64,000 bases of DNA from the NCBI RefSeq assembly GCF_006345805.1, contig NC_043018.1, forward strand, positions 8,122,001-8,186,000. The letters are read 5' to 3'. Position numbers and translations under genes: made by a program. The DNA comes from Octopus sinensis. Lineage: Eukaryota. Below are positions 50,775 to 63,756 of this stretch, one piece after another. Each line of letters starts with the position of its first letter. The first letter of the stretch is position 1. The notes under the pieces were generated by a model. It saw only the letters and a list, made by a program, of their open reading frames with translations, had not been told where the DNA came from and searched no databases.

Positions 50775-50904
50775 GTAAGTTGACTAAATTTCTAATCAAT
50801 CATTATCTTAATCAACATTTAACATCAAGTTATGTTAATTACTAATGCTTAAAAAGGTTTGATGGGAAACAGCAGGTGTGTTTTTTTTTATTTGTCATTT
50901 CTCT

Positions 50905-51216
50905 ATACATACATATATTCATAAATACATGTATAAATACACTCACACATACATACACACACACACGTACATACATACATACATACATACACACACACGT
51001 ACATACATACATACATACATACATACACACATACATACACACATACATACACACATACCTACATACATACATACATGTATACATACATACACACATACAT
51101 ACATACATACATACATACATACATACATACATACATACATACACACATACATACATACATACATACACACACACATATATACATACATACATACATACAT
51201 ACATACATACACACAC

Positions 51217-51249
<33 letters not shown>

Positions 51250-51905
51250 CATACATGCATACATACATACATAGACACATACATACATACATACATACAC
51301 ACATACCTACATACATACATACATACATGCATACATACATACATACATACATACATACATACATGCATACATACGTACATACACACAGATAGACAGACAC
51401 ACACACATACATACATTATGGCTGCCCCCTCGTTATCGAGTATGGCCATTGCACGAAGCTTAACTGTTACTGGTGCTGTGATCGAATGTGACTTTTTAGC
51501 CCAGCTAAAGATCTACAATGTCTTGTACAAATTGGCAGCTAAAACCTTTACCGGTAAAGCCGGCTGTAGTTGTAACTGGGCTTCATGTACCTTTGCATGT
51601 CGTTTAAGTCCTCCTGCCGAATTACACTCTCTTCCACATGCCTGACAGATATGCATACATACATACATACATACATACACATACATACATGCATACATAC
51701 ACACATACATACACACATACATGCTTGCATGCATACATACACACAAACATACATACATACACATACATACATATATACATACATACATACACACAAACAT
51801 ACCTACATACACATACATACCTACATACACATACATACACACACACACTATATACATACATACATACATACATACATACATACATACATACATACATACA
51901 TACAT
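50905..51905. repeat. (CATA)n arrays (about 50905-51416 and 51650-51905)
   Basis: Read directly; reverse complement of the upstream (TATG)n array. Confidence 0.97.
51417..51650 (-). mobile_element. RTE-type LINE 3' end with a terminal C2H2-like finger, embedded in (CATA)n
   Basis: Minus frame CQACGRECNSAGGLKRHAKVH, then a short 3' UTR. Confidence 0.6.
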
Positions 51906-52598
51906 CATCGTCATCATCATTATCATCGTTTAACATCTGCTTTCCATGCTGGCATGAGTTGGACTGCTTGACAAAGAACTGGCAAGCAGGGAGGCTGATT
52001 TGGCAAGAGTGTAGAGGGTGTTTTTTATGTGCCACCAGCATGGGTGCAAGTCACGTGGCACTGACATTGGCCACACTCGAATGGTGCTTTTTATGTGTCA
52101 CTGGCACGGGTGCCAGTCAGGCAGCACCGGCATTGGTCATGACTATGATTCCACTCAGTTCAACAGGTCTTCACAAGCATGGCATGTCGACCAACGATTG
52201 AAGGGTGCTTTTAAACAGGCCAGTTATGCAACACTGGCATCGTCTTTGACTAGAATTTCACTTGGCTGGCTTGGTCTTCTCAAGCACGACATATCTTCAA
52301 AGGTCTCGATCACTTGTCGTTGCCTTTGTGAGGCCCAATGTTTGAAGGGTGCACTTAATTTTGTTAGTAAATGTCTAAGTAACAATCTGGATAAGCCAGG
52401 GTTTTCCGGAAAAGAAATCAACTGGCACATTCCAAATGTAATCTGTAAGTGGAACAGCAAAATTATGTGAGTCTTTTCTCAAGTTTAAAATGTGACATTG
52501 TTTTTGTTATCTACGTTCCAATGATGGAGCTTTGTATCTTTGTTAGAAACCAGCTTCTTCCTCAAAAGAAGAATTTAAATACCATAAAAACAGAGGAG

Positions 52599-52638
<40 letters not shown>

Positions 52639-53967
52639 CGTATATAGCCATCTAAGAATTCACAAATCAGAAAAAATATGCAGTTTTATATTTGTCAATA
52701 GAGTGATTATATTAATTAAAATGTACAATATATATCTAACCATAAAGAGTGGTTGCCATATTTTCTTTCATAACTGCCATCTCTGAAGAGTGCAGAGTTA
52801 CACAATCAGGCTGCTATCTAACATCCTGTTGAATCCCTGGTACGAAATATATCAGCGGTAATGGATATATAATACTGTACACTTTGATTAATATATATCT
52901 ATGATGGTCTTCTGCTTAGTTTCTGTCTCCCAATTTCACTTACCAGGAATTGGTTGGCTTTGGTCTATTGAGAAGAAAGTTACCCAAGGTGCTACAGAGT
53001 AAAACTTAACCTGATACCTTGTGGTTGCAAATTGTACACAACTCTGTATGTGCCTCTAAATCTTAGTTCTTTTTTTTTTCCTTTATCATTCAGGTTACTC
53101 TATGAAATGTAATGCTTATTTATTCACATTGTTTTAAATCAATCGTGGCTTATCTCACAGCTTTGAGATTTCAATGATGTGATTGTTTATTTTCAGAATG
53201 AAATTGCGGGATTGATGAGAAACTATACCTAGTCAGTTTGAATGCAAAACTGGTAGAATATTTGGGTCAGATATGGCTAAAATAAAAATTCAAATGCAAA
53301 TTGTAATTAAGACACCCGTACCGGTGACACATAAAAAGCACTGTCCGAACGTGGCAGATGCCGGCACTGCCTGACTGGTGTCCGTGTCGGTGACATGTAA
53401 AAGCACCAACCAATTGTGGCCGTTTGCCAGCCTGCTCGGCTCCTGTGCTGGTGGCACGTAAAAAACACCCACTACACTCATGGAGTTAAGGCGGCAAGCT
53501 GGCAGAAACGTTAGCACGCCAGGCAAAATGCTTAGCAGTATTTCGTCTGCCGCTACGTTCTGAGTTCAAATTCCGCCGAAGTCGACTTTGCCTTTCATTC
53601 TTTCGGGGTTGATTAAATAAGTACCAGTTCCGCACTGGGGTCGATATAATCGACTTAATCCGTTTGTCTGTCCTTGTTTGTCCTCTCTGTGTTTAGCCGC
53701 TTGTGGGTAGTAAAGAAATAAATAGGTTGGCGTTAGGAAGGGCATCCAGCTGTAGAAACACTGCCAGATCAGACTGGAGCCTGGTGCAGCCTCCATGGCT
53801 TCCCAGACCCCGGTCGAACCATCCAACCCATGCTAGCATGGAAAACGGACATTAAACGATGATGATGATGATGATGATGATGTCACTTGGATTTCGTTTT
53901 TCCTTGTTTCTTTAAATTTCTTCGTCTTCCCTTTATCTTTCATTTTCTTTCTTTCATTTCATTCCAG

Positions 53968-54104
53968 TTCCCCAGTTGACATCTACTCATTCTTTAAAGA
54001 ACTTTCTTCACTGATTTGCTTCACGCTGTTCCTTGGCATCGACGCCTCCCAGTCAAAGGAGCTCATTCAGGAACTGACGGATTTAACAACAATCCAATGG
54101 CATG
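53968..54104 (+). CDS. P450 exon (137 nt)
   Basis: Long polypyrimidine tract plus ttccag acceptor and GTAGGT donor. Encodes SPVDIYSFFKELSSLICFTLFLGIDASQSKELIQELTDLTTIQWH (E/F-helix region). Confidence 0.88.
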
Positions 54105-54731
54105 GTAGGTGGGAAATTTAGATACTCTTTTTCTCTTTTACTCTTTTACTTGTTTCAGTCATTTGACTGCGGCCATGCTGGAGCACCGCCTTTAGTCGAG
54201 CAAATCGACCCCGGGACTTATTCTTTGTAAGCCCAGTACTTATTCTATCGGTCTCTTTTTGCCGAACCGCTAAGTTATGGGGACGTAAACACACCAGCAT
54301 CGGTTGTCAAGCAATGCTAGGGGGACAAATACAGACACACAAACACACACATACATATATATATATATACGACAGGCTTCTTTCAGTTTCCGTCTACCAA
54401 ATCCACTCACAAGGCATTGGTCGGCCCGAGGCTATAGCAGGAGACACTTGCCCAAGGTGCCACGCAGTGGGACTGAACCCGGAACCATGAGGTTGGTTAG
54501 CAAGCTACTTACCACACAGCCACTCCTGCGCCTATAATATTTCATTTTTTTTTTTTTTTTCATAGAAGACCACAGCAATAAAAATAAAACATTAAACATC
54601 AGTAATCTATAAAGATATTGAAATGTCATCTCAGAAATAAATAATTAGTCCTGATATTTCAGGTAAAATATCTCAGGTAAAATATCTCCTTATGAAATAG
54701 TTCATTTCTGTATTTTTGCTTTGCAAAATTC

Positions 54732-55137
54732 CGATCTTTTCGGTTTGAACGGCAGTTTTTTAACATAATTTCCACGTAACTAAACACTTTTAAACTTCGT
54801 ATACTGGTAGAATGTGTTTATAAAACATCTTTTTCTCTTGGTTTTATTGAGAAAATTCTATAGTTTGTAAGATATTTGTTGTTTTTTTTCTTCAATTTCT
54901 GCAATTTCAACCAATCAATGACGTCCATTAAGGTAAAATACATTCTGTGCCGTATGAATATGTCCCTCGTTTACAAAACAGATTGGGTTTATTTACATTT
55001 CTGAAGAAAAAAAGATACTCCTAACCCTAACCCTAAAACAGATTGAAATGCAATAGATCGATACTAGGGTCATAATTATGGGTGACAATTTCATATGACA
55101 CTGCTAGAAAAAATTGCCGTTCAAACCAAAAACATCC
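54732..55137. mobile_element. Second copy of the about 410-bp MITE (opposite orientation)
   Basis: Aligns to the reverse complement of 25-437 with the same TIRs. Confidence 0.8.
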
Positions 55138-55406
55138 GGGTGATTTTCATTAATGGCATGTCATCTCTGCTCCAGAAGAGAACAAAAGAGATAAATCATA
55201 TGTCCATTAAGATGTTGTGTGGATTCATTGTGATTGGTTAGTTACACCTGAGCAATGTTCGACCTTCCCATGATACCTATTTACAGGAATCATGAGAAGG
55301 TAACAGAAGGACTGGAATAATTGAGAGCTGACTGTGAATTGTCTGATGTTGGCAGTTGTAAAATTTAAAGAATAACCAAGAAAATGTTCTGGATTTTTCT
55401 CAATAG

Positions 55407-55483
55407 GAATCACAACTTTTCCATTGAATCTCCATGTCAGAAGACACAGTTCTCTGAGATTTCGAAGAGCATCAGATGCCAAG
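55407..55483 (+). CDS. P450 exon (77 nt)
   Basis: caatag/GTAAGG boundaries. Encodes GITTFPLNLHVRRHSSLRFRRASDAK (F-G region); phase 1-0. Confidence 0.85.
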
Positions 55484-55701
55484 GTAAGGAATTTTATTTG
55501 TGTTTTTATCACCACCACCACCACCACCACCATCATTCTTATTATTCTGCCAAGATTGACTTTGCCTTTCATCTTTTTTGGGGTTGATAAAATAAGCACC
55601 AATGCAGCTCTGAGGTCAATGCAATCAATTTGTCCCCACCTCCAAAATTGCTGGCCTAGTGCCTAAATTTGAAATCATCATCATCATCATCATCATCGTC
55701 T

Positions 55702-55733
<32 letters not shown>

Positions 55734-55754
55734 GTTATCATCATCATCATCATC

Positions 55755-56570
55755 CCCTTCTTTCAATTTTGTTTCCATTTCTAGCTGAGTGTCTTCCCAA
55801 TACCTAGGGCAAAGAAACTCAATGTATAAATTGGTAGGCCATTAAAATAAACCCACCAGATTGTTCATTCGCAAACTCATGTTATACAAAAAAAGGGAAA
55901 GAAAGGCAGAGAGAAAAGGAAAGAAGAAAAAAAAAAAAATGAAGAAAAGAAAACAAAGAAAATAAAATGGAAAAAAGAAAGAAAATTCACCTTGACAATG
56001 CTCTTCTCAATATGTGTGGATAGTAAGTCGGGGATCATCCTCAAATTATTTACATAAGTTATCATTCTTACAGTAACAATGCTCTTCTCAGGACCTGTGA
56101 ACAACCAGTTAAAATAATCTTATGCCCTTCTTGCAGGAATAGTAAGCTAGGGATCATTCTCAAAAAAATTTCAGTTCCATTTTTGATCATTCCAAATGCT
56201 CCTACAATCACTGGTATTGTAACAGTCTTGAAACGCCACATCTTTTCAATTTCAATCAGCAAATCTTTATATTCTCTGAGCTTATCAAATTCTCTTGCCA
56301 AGACATTATGATCACAAAGTATGCTCATGTCAATCAATAAACAGACTTTATTGTTTTGGTCTTTCACAACAATAACTGGTTTATTAGCTGGAAAGTCCCA
56401 AAGAATCATTACATTTTCTCCCTCAGTTACAGTCTCAGGTGGTGCTTGTACCATTTTTGGCAGTTTTGATGCTGACATATTATCCAGTGTAGATATTGGC
56501 CAACTCTGTCATGTTTTGATTTATACTCTACAGGTGCTAAAATCTTACACCCAGAGATCAGATGGTCCAT
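55755..56570 (-). mobile_element. RLE-type non-LTR retrotransposon 3' fragment (the same 3' UTR occurs at about 39970-40150)
   Basis: ILWDF...KPVIVVKD...LLIDMS...KLREYKDL..EIEKMW...IPVIVGAFG...VLRRAL. Confidence 0.8.
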
Positions 56571-56590
56571 TATTATTATTATTATTATCA

Positions 56591-56662
<72 letters not shown>

Positions 56663-56919
56663 GTCCAGGTGTTTATTACAATTCTTTGCTGTGTGGCAGG
56701 TGCAGGCATGTTTGTGTCATTAAAAAACTCACTCTGCAACCTCAGAGCTGGAAGGTTTTTGCAACATAAAAGGGGGGCATACAGTTATAAAATCAACCCC
56801 AGAAAAAGGATCAGAATTGCTAATATTTAGAACACTGTCATAGGGTCCTGCAAGACAAACGCTTGCTTTAGCAGGGGAAAAGGGTCAAAAGAGACATTTG
56901 TTCCTGGATTTTAGTCAAG

Positions 56920-56969
56920 TGGTTGATCCTGCCAGTAGTCATATGTCTGTTTCAAAGCTTAAGTGATGC
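56920..56969 (+). pseudogene. 50-nt degenerate fragment of the 18S rRNA 5' end (intronic)
   Basis: tggttgatcctgccagtagtcatatg followed by a similar continuation; 44/50 identical to the conserved eukaryotic 18S 5' sequence as I recall it. Confidence 0.75.
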
Positions 56970-57009
56970 CAGCCAATCACTCAAGGACCCCCCCCCCACC
57001 TGGTCCTTG

Positions 57010-57600
57010 GGTGGCTGGCTTGTTGGCTGGCTGGTTGGTTGGTTAGGTGGTTGGCTGGCTGGCTGGTGGATTGGTTGGTTGTCTGGCTGGTTAACTGAAT
57101 TGGTTGGCTGGTTTGTTGGTTGGTTGGCTCGTTGGTTGGTTGCTTAGCTGACTGGCTGGTTGGCTGGTTGGCTGGCTGGTTGGTTGTCTGGCTAGCTTGC
57201 TAGTCGGTCGGTTGGTTGGTTGGTTGGTTGGTTGGTTGGTTGGCAGGTTGGCTGGCTAGCTGGCTGGTTGGTTGGTTGGCTGGTTGGTTGGTTGGCTGGC
57301 TGGTTGGCTGGTTGGCTGGTTGGTTGGTTGGTTGGTTGGTTGGTTGGCTGGTTGGTTGGTTGGTTGGTTGGTTAGTTGGTTGGTTGGTTGGTTGGTTGGC
57401 TGGCTGGTTGGCTGGTTGGTTGGTTGGTTGGTTGGTTGGTTGTTGGTTGGTTGATTAGTTGGTTGGCTGGTTGGCTGGTTGGTTGGCTGGTTGATTAGTT
57501 AGTTGGTTGGTTGGTTGGCTGGTTGGTTGGTTGGTTGGTTGGCTGGTTGGCTGGTTGGTTGGTTGGTTGGTTGGTTGGTCCACAGTTAGTTGCTTGGTTT
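57010..57600. repeat. (TTGG/CTGG)n tetranucleotide array
   Basis: Read directly from the sequence. Confidence 0.95.
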
Positions 57601-57762
57601 CTTAGTTGGTGGCTGGTTAATTGTTTGATTGGTTAGTTGGGTGATAGACTGGCCGGTCGATTAGATAACTGGATGGTTGGGTGGCCAGCTGCTTGTTTGG
57701 TTGGTTGACTGGCTAATTAGTCGGCTAATGTCATTAATTGACTGATTCTGTTCCTCTCTCAG

Positions 57763-57960
57763 ACAGATTTATTGGGCATCATTAAAAAGCAAAGACCCAT
57801 AGCTCAATGTGGCTTCGTAAAACAGGTGAATAATGTTCCGGAGACAAACGATGACTCCTACATCAACAGCAATATCCTTGTCTTTATTTCTTCGCTGGTG
57901 TCAAAAGCAATTGCATCATACCTGACGTCATTCTTCATCACAACGGGACAAAATAATCAT
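57763..57960 (+). CDS. P450 exon (198 nt, I-helix)
   Basis: ctctcag/GTAAGT boundaries. Encodes TDLLGIIKKQ...NILVFISSLVSKAIASYLTSFFITTGQNNH; phase 0-0. Confidence 0.88.
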
Positions 57961-58027
57961 GTAAGTCAATGAACCTTTCTGAATTTCAAACAAGCATTCG
58001 TTTCCAAATACCACCAGTTTCCTTTAA

Positions 58028-58248
58028 CCCTTTAGTGTTCAGATTACTCTGTTAAATGTAATACTTTTTCACTCAAATTGTTTTGAATTAATCCTGGATC
58101 ATCTTACAGCTTTGAGGTTTCAATGATGTGATTACTTATTTTTAGAATGGCATTGTAGGTTAGGTGTGAGAGGCTAGACATCGCCAGTTTGAATATAAAA
58201 CATGTAGAATATATTGGGCCGGATTTGGCCAGTTTAAACACTAAAGGG
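58028..58248. mobile_element. Second TTAA-type MITE family (CCCTTTAG...CTAAAGGG); other copies about 6765-6961, 10098-10317, 62798-62993
   Basis: Shared approximately 220-bp body with CCCTTTAG TIRs and TTAA-like flanks. Confidence 0.7.
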
Positions 58249-58431
58249 CTAAACAATGTCATACACACACACACTCATATACACGTATATATATATATAT
58301 ATATTTTTTTTTCTTTCACTTGTTTCAGTCATTTAACTGTGGCCATGCTAGCACCGCCTTTAGTCGAGCAACTCGACCCCGGGACTATCTTTTTGTAAGC
58401 CCAGTACTTATTCTATCGGTTTCTTTGCCGA

Positions 58432-58478
<47 letters not shown>

Positions 58479-59505
58479 TAACCCGAACATGAAAACACAA
58501 AGAGAAAACACAACACGAGGACGTGGAACAAGTATAGTGTTATTGGACGCTCAGGAAAGGAAGGAAAGAAAGAGGATTTAACATTTCGAGCAGAGCTCTT
58601 TATCAGAAACATAGGAAAAGTAAAGATCCAAGGAAGGGAAAACGGAGGAAAAAAAAAATCACCAATGGTATACATGTGGTCACATTTTGAATGTGACCTT
58701 AAATAAATATGCCCTTTTAAAGCCTAGCCAGGCTCATGGGCCCGGTTTCCCAGTTTCAATGGCATATTTGTTCCCCAGCTGGACAGGACGCCAGTCCATT
58801 GCAGCATTACTCATTTTTACCAGCTGAGTGGACTGGAGCAATGTGAAATGAAGTGTTTTGCTTAAGAACACAACGCGTCGCCTGATCCAGGAATCGAAAC
58901 TACAATCTTACGATCATGGTGCTGACACCTTAACCACTAAGCCACATGCTCCACACACACACACACACAAACACATATTTGGCACCCATACTGGTAGCAT
59001 GTAAAATGCACCATTCAAATGTGACCAATGCCACTGCTGCCTGAATGGCACCCGTACCGGTGGCATGTAAAAAGCACCATTCAAGCGTGGTTGATTCCAG
59101 TGCCACCTGACTGGCTCACATGCCGGTAGGTAGGGCATCCAGCTGTAGAAACCTTATCATATCAGATTTGAGTCTGGTGCAGTGACCTGGCTTGCTTGCC
59201 AGTCCACATTCAAACTGTCCAACCCTTGCCATCATGGTAAGTGGATGTTAAATGATGGCAGGCTTCTTCCCAGTTTCCATCTACGAATTCTAGTCAGAAG
59301 GCTTTGGTCAACCTGGGACTATAGTTGACATATCCAAGGTGCCATGCAGAGGGACCCAACCCAAATGTATTACATAATGAGTTATTTTCCAATTAAAGAA
59401 ATTAAGTTAGATGAGATGCAGTTTCATTTTTGTGACACAAAATATTTTAATCTTCATTGTTGCACTTATTCGTGGAAAATAAAAATGTTGAGATTATTTT
59501 TGCAG

Positions 59506-59616
59506 GTTGAACTTCAAGAGAAAATGTATGTTGATAAGAACTTGGAAGACCAAGTTTTATTGGAAACCCAGCGACTTTATCCACCGTTTGTTTGTGGCAG
59601 GAAATTAGCCAAAACT
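59506..59616 (+). CDS. P450 exon (111 nt, K-helix ExxR)
   Basis: tttgcag/GTAAGT boundaries. Encodes VELQEKMYVDKNLEDQVLLETQRLYPPFVCGRKLAKT, containing the ExxR motif (ETQR) then LYPP. Confidence 0.92.
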
Positions 59617-59862
59617 GTAAGTCATCTCTGAAATTGTTTTGTATTACTCTTTTACTCTTTTACTTGTTTCAGTCATTTGACTGCGGCCATGCTGGAGCAC
59701 CGCCTTTAATCGAGCAACTCAACCCCGGGACTTATTCTTTTGTAAGCCCAGTACTTATTCTATCGGTCTCTTTTGCCGAACCGCTAAGTGACGGGGACGT
59801 AAACACACCAGCATCGGTTGTCAAGCAATGCTAGGGGGACAAACACAGACACACAAACATAT

Positions 59863-59899
<37 letters not shown>

Positions 59900-61537
59900 C
59901 GACAGGCTTCTTTCAGTTTCCGTCTACCAAATCCACTCACAAGGGTTTGGTCAGCCCGAGGCTATAGTAGAAGACACTTGCCCAAGGTGCCGCGCAGTGG
60001 GACTGAACCTGGAACCATGTGGTTCGTAAGCAAGCTACTTACCACACAGCCACTCCTACGTCTATGTATTGCTTAGAAATGAAAGAATGACTGAAAAGAA
60101 GGAATAAGCAGAGCAACAATATCATCCTCATCATTTATTATCTGTTTTCCATGCTGGCATGAGTTGGACAGCTTTGACAGAAGCTGGCAAGGCCTGGGAC
60201 CACACCTGATTCCATAGACTGTTTTGGTTTGGTTTCTATGGCTAGATGCCCTTCCTAATGCCAACCGTTTTACTGAGTGTACTGGGTGCTTTTATGTGGC
60301 ACCAGCACTAACACCAATGCTAATAGAAGATTATTTTATTTCAAGAGAAATATTTTAAATAAACCATCCAATATTTCATTTTTGTATTTGGTTTGTGAGA
60401 CAACTCCAGCTGTCTCAACACAGAGTATTGTTTATTAAGTGTCATCCAAAAAGTAGACACGATTCTGTCATGTGATGTTTTTCATTCCCGCATCACTTAT
60501 TATTTAAGCTTTTGTCAATTCATCTGAGAGGACTCTTTATGGACTCTACCAGGTGATGTTAGATATATGTGACGATAAAAATTTGTTGTTATAATTGCAT
60601 GCTGTAGGATGTGAAAGATGAACAATGCATGAAATTTTACGAAAATATTTATTTACCGTTACATTACAATACCTTGCCTCAACAGGCAGGTTATGATCAA
60701 TCCAAAAGCATGCAAAGTAAAGTTTGTGTTTGTGTTCTCTTCATTGTTTAGTAGTAATTGCAGAGAGAGATAGAATGATGCTGTAAGAGAACAGAATTAG
60801 AGCTAGTGAAAGTTGTAGGGTTGTGGGACATTGTCTCACAGTTGCTGACAGTAAATTTCATTTCTCTCGCTGACCATTGTCTTTAGTAACTGGATTCCTT
60901 GTGATCATGCTTCTAGCAGTCCATTCCCTAACTAATTGAATCATCACGAGCCGCCTCGCTCAGTTGTCATCAAGGGACTACTTGGTTGAGTCGCCACTGA
61001 CTGATTTTTGCTTGGGGTGTTCTTGCTTTTATAATTATCCAGAAGGATAGATATATCATTGAGAGCAATAGATTTAGTTGGTGGTCTTGTTAACTCTATT
61101 CTAGCTTTTGGTGAAATAGAAGAGGTTAGAAAAGGTAAGTGGTGAAGACATTATTTCGGCCTAGCTAAAGGCATCTGGAAAATGTAAAACTGCTGTCAGA
61201 GAAAAACCATTGTTCCACCGTGGGAAAAGTTCTGTTGCAGTGTTAATTTAAATTTGGCTATCGTGGATCAAATCCACTTCATGCATTAAGATCCACTACA
61301 TCTACATCAGCTCATTGTTGTAGATTTACTCTTTTTGCCTTAGCACACTTACTGTGGTGAAGACTGTTCATTTTGCATCATGGACAATTGAAGTTACAGT
61401 TTCACCATTTTGCACTTCAGGTTGGAATTGTTGCAATATTTTCTTTGATTATAAAGTTATAATCTGAACACAATATTATTATTTGTCTTACATTATAACA
61501 GTTTGCAAGATTCTTGATGTGAACTCATGTGTTGAAA

Positions 61538-61902
61538 TCTCTCTACATATAAACGGCAAAATGTCTGCGTGCGTGTCCTTTATACAAATCCACAATTTTT
61601 CAGTTAGAGGGTTCGCACTTTCTATGGTCATTCAAAACCATCCAAGGGTGGTCGTGCACATCTTTACATTTCCCCAGTCACCCCACAAAGCCATTAAAAA
61701 AATCAATAGAAGTGACTTTTTTGTGAATTTTCTATCCAAAACCCACTCAAAATGCCCAAAACTTGATACGCCAATTGAATGCTAGCTAGCTGTATGTGAT
61801 TGGTTGGAGATTTGGACAGTACTCGCGTGTATGTGTGCACGCATGCAGCTGTATATGCATGCACTAGCACTGTGACCCGGTGTTGCCGGATCATAGTGCT
61901 AG
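61538..61902 (+). mobile_element. Helitron-like non-autonomous element
   Basis: TC start with TATAAA, and a 3' CCGG...CCGG hairpin followed by CTAG. Confidence 0.55.
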
Positions 61903-62357
61903 AGTACTTTATTGCATCTCAGAAGAATCCTTACACTAATAATAAACCACATGAAATGGTTCTATTTCATGTCTTTGTTATATATATATATGAATGAATG
62001 AATGAATAACAGGCTTCTGTCTACCAAATTCACTCACAAGGCGCTGAGTAAAAATGGGACACTAGTAGAAGACACTTGCTGAAGATGTCTCACAGTGGGT
62101 CTAAACCTGAAATCACATAGGTTCTAAGTGAGCTTCATAACCAGACCAGCCCTGCCTGTGCCCATGTACAGTCATATCCTACATGTATAAAATAAGGAAT
62201 TGGACCAAAATTGTTCTCCTTGAACAAAACATTTAAAAATACAATAAAAAGCATAGATAATAAATAATAAAAAACCTCTGGTATTTAGTTTTTGTCATTT
62301 GATCCTTAATCTCTTTTGTTTTTTCGAATATGTAAATTTTAATTTCTTCATTATTAG

Positions 62358-62476
62358 GAATGTATTATTGATGGCCACAAAGTCCCAGAAGGTTATTCCA
62401 TCATCTATCTGACGTATGCTGCTCACAGGGATGAAAACATCTTTGAAAATCCAAATGATTTCAATGCTGATCGTTG
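62358..62476 (+). CDS. P450 exon (119 nt, meander/PERF region); gene continues beyond window
   Basis: ttattag/GTAAGT boundaries. Encodes ECIIDGHKVPEGYSIIYLTYAAHRDENIFENPNDFNADRW. The nine exons total 1040 nt in one open frame. No FxxGxxxCxG exon was found before position 64000. Confidence 0.92.
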
Positions 62477-63361
62477 GTAAGTTCGTCAATGCAACAATTA
62501 ATATATTACGGAGATGTACTTGCAGAGCAAGTGACTTGATCTGTGATCGTGTGCTGGAATGAAAACAATTGCAGCATGGAAGGTGTTTATAAGCCATTAA
62601 AGAAACACACAAAACCCGTTAGATTCACTTCAACATTTAAATTTAATTTATCAAAATATTTTCGTCGCCTTGAGACCGCGACCTGTTCACTGACAAATTA
62701 AATTTAAATGTTGAAGTGAATCTAACGGTTTTTGTGTATTTCTTAAATGGCTTATAAACACCTTCCATGCTGCAATTAATATATTATTGTAACTTAATCC
62801 TTTAGCATTTAAACTGGCTATATCCAGCCCAAATATTCTATCTGTTTTATGTTCAAACTGGCCATATCCAGCCTCTCACACTTATACTACAATGTCATTC
62901 TAAAAATAAACAATCACATCACTGAAATCTCAAAGCTACAAGATAATGCATGATTGATTCAAAATGATATGAGTTAATCTGAATGCTAAAGGGTTCGTTA
63001 GCAATGGCAGAGGATGTTCAAAATTTATAGTTGAAAGAATAAGAACCTTGTTGGAGAAAGTTCAAAGATCTGTTCCCTCAGTTGATAACAGGAAGCCTCT
63101 ATCTCAGAATGAAAGGCAGACAATGACGTTTGTGCAAAAACAACAATGCTACATGGTAGTGAAATGTGGGCAGTGAATGCAGAAGACACACAAAGAACAC
63201 ATATGGAATAGATTCTTGTGAGTGTCCTGGAGGATACTTAGATGTAGTAGATGGTTTCTGTCACATAGGTGACCTAATTAGCAGTGGAGGAGGATGTTCT
63301 GACAGTATAGTTGCTAGAATAAGAATAGGATGTAGGAAGTTCAGTGAGTTAATATCTTTAA

Positions 63362-63756
63362 TCTCTGTCTATATAAAGCTGAAGTTGTCTGCGTATGGCA
63401 GGTTTGGTAGCCTTCAACTAACACTATCTCCTCCGAGACCCTGCAGTGCAAGTTGACCAAAATTGAGAATATGATAGAAGAAGGCTTGCTCTTCATTCCG
63501 TAGAAGAAAAAATTCAAATTGGACCATGTTAACACCAAAAATTATTTACATCAAAAAGGTGCTTTTTTTCTATGAAAATCCCTATTTTTTAATGATTTTT
63601 TTTACTGCTGTGTCGCCATTTTTTGATCTATTTCAACCAGAATAATGTTCACTTAAAGAGAATAACAAGCTATATAATGCAAAATTTTTTACTTTTCAAA
63701 AATTCCAATTCTAAAGGGTCGAAACAAACCCGAGCAATGCCAGGCGATACTGCTAG
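63362..63756 (+). mobile_element. Non-autonomous Helitron nested in an RTE LINE fragment
   Basis: A|TCTCTGTCTATATAAAG...CCCGAGCAATGCCAGGCGATACTGCTAG|T. The RTE-like reading (RKFSELISL / SLSLIVKGRLYDVCV) continues across it. Confidence 0.75.

Noticed and set aside
49549-51971. Long ORFs such as MYVCMYVC.../HTYIHTYI... (also 33688-34291, 35396-36322, 43906-44494, 48844-49215, 28536-29145, 57216-57458)
   Set aside because: They are stop-free translations of microsatellites with no coding signature.
55019-55036. Telomere-like CCCTAA repeats (also TTAGGG-like at about 125-147)
   Set aside because: Only 2-3 units, and they are an internal part of the 410-bp MITE in both copies.
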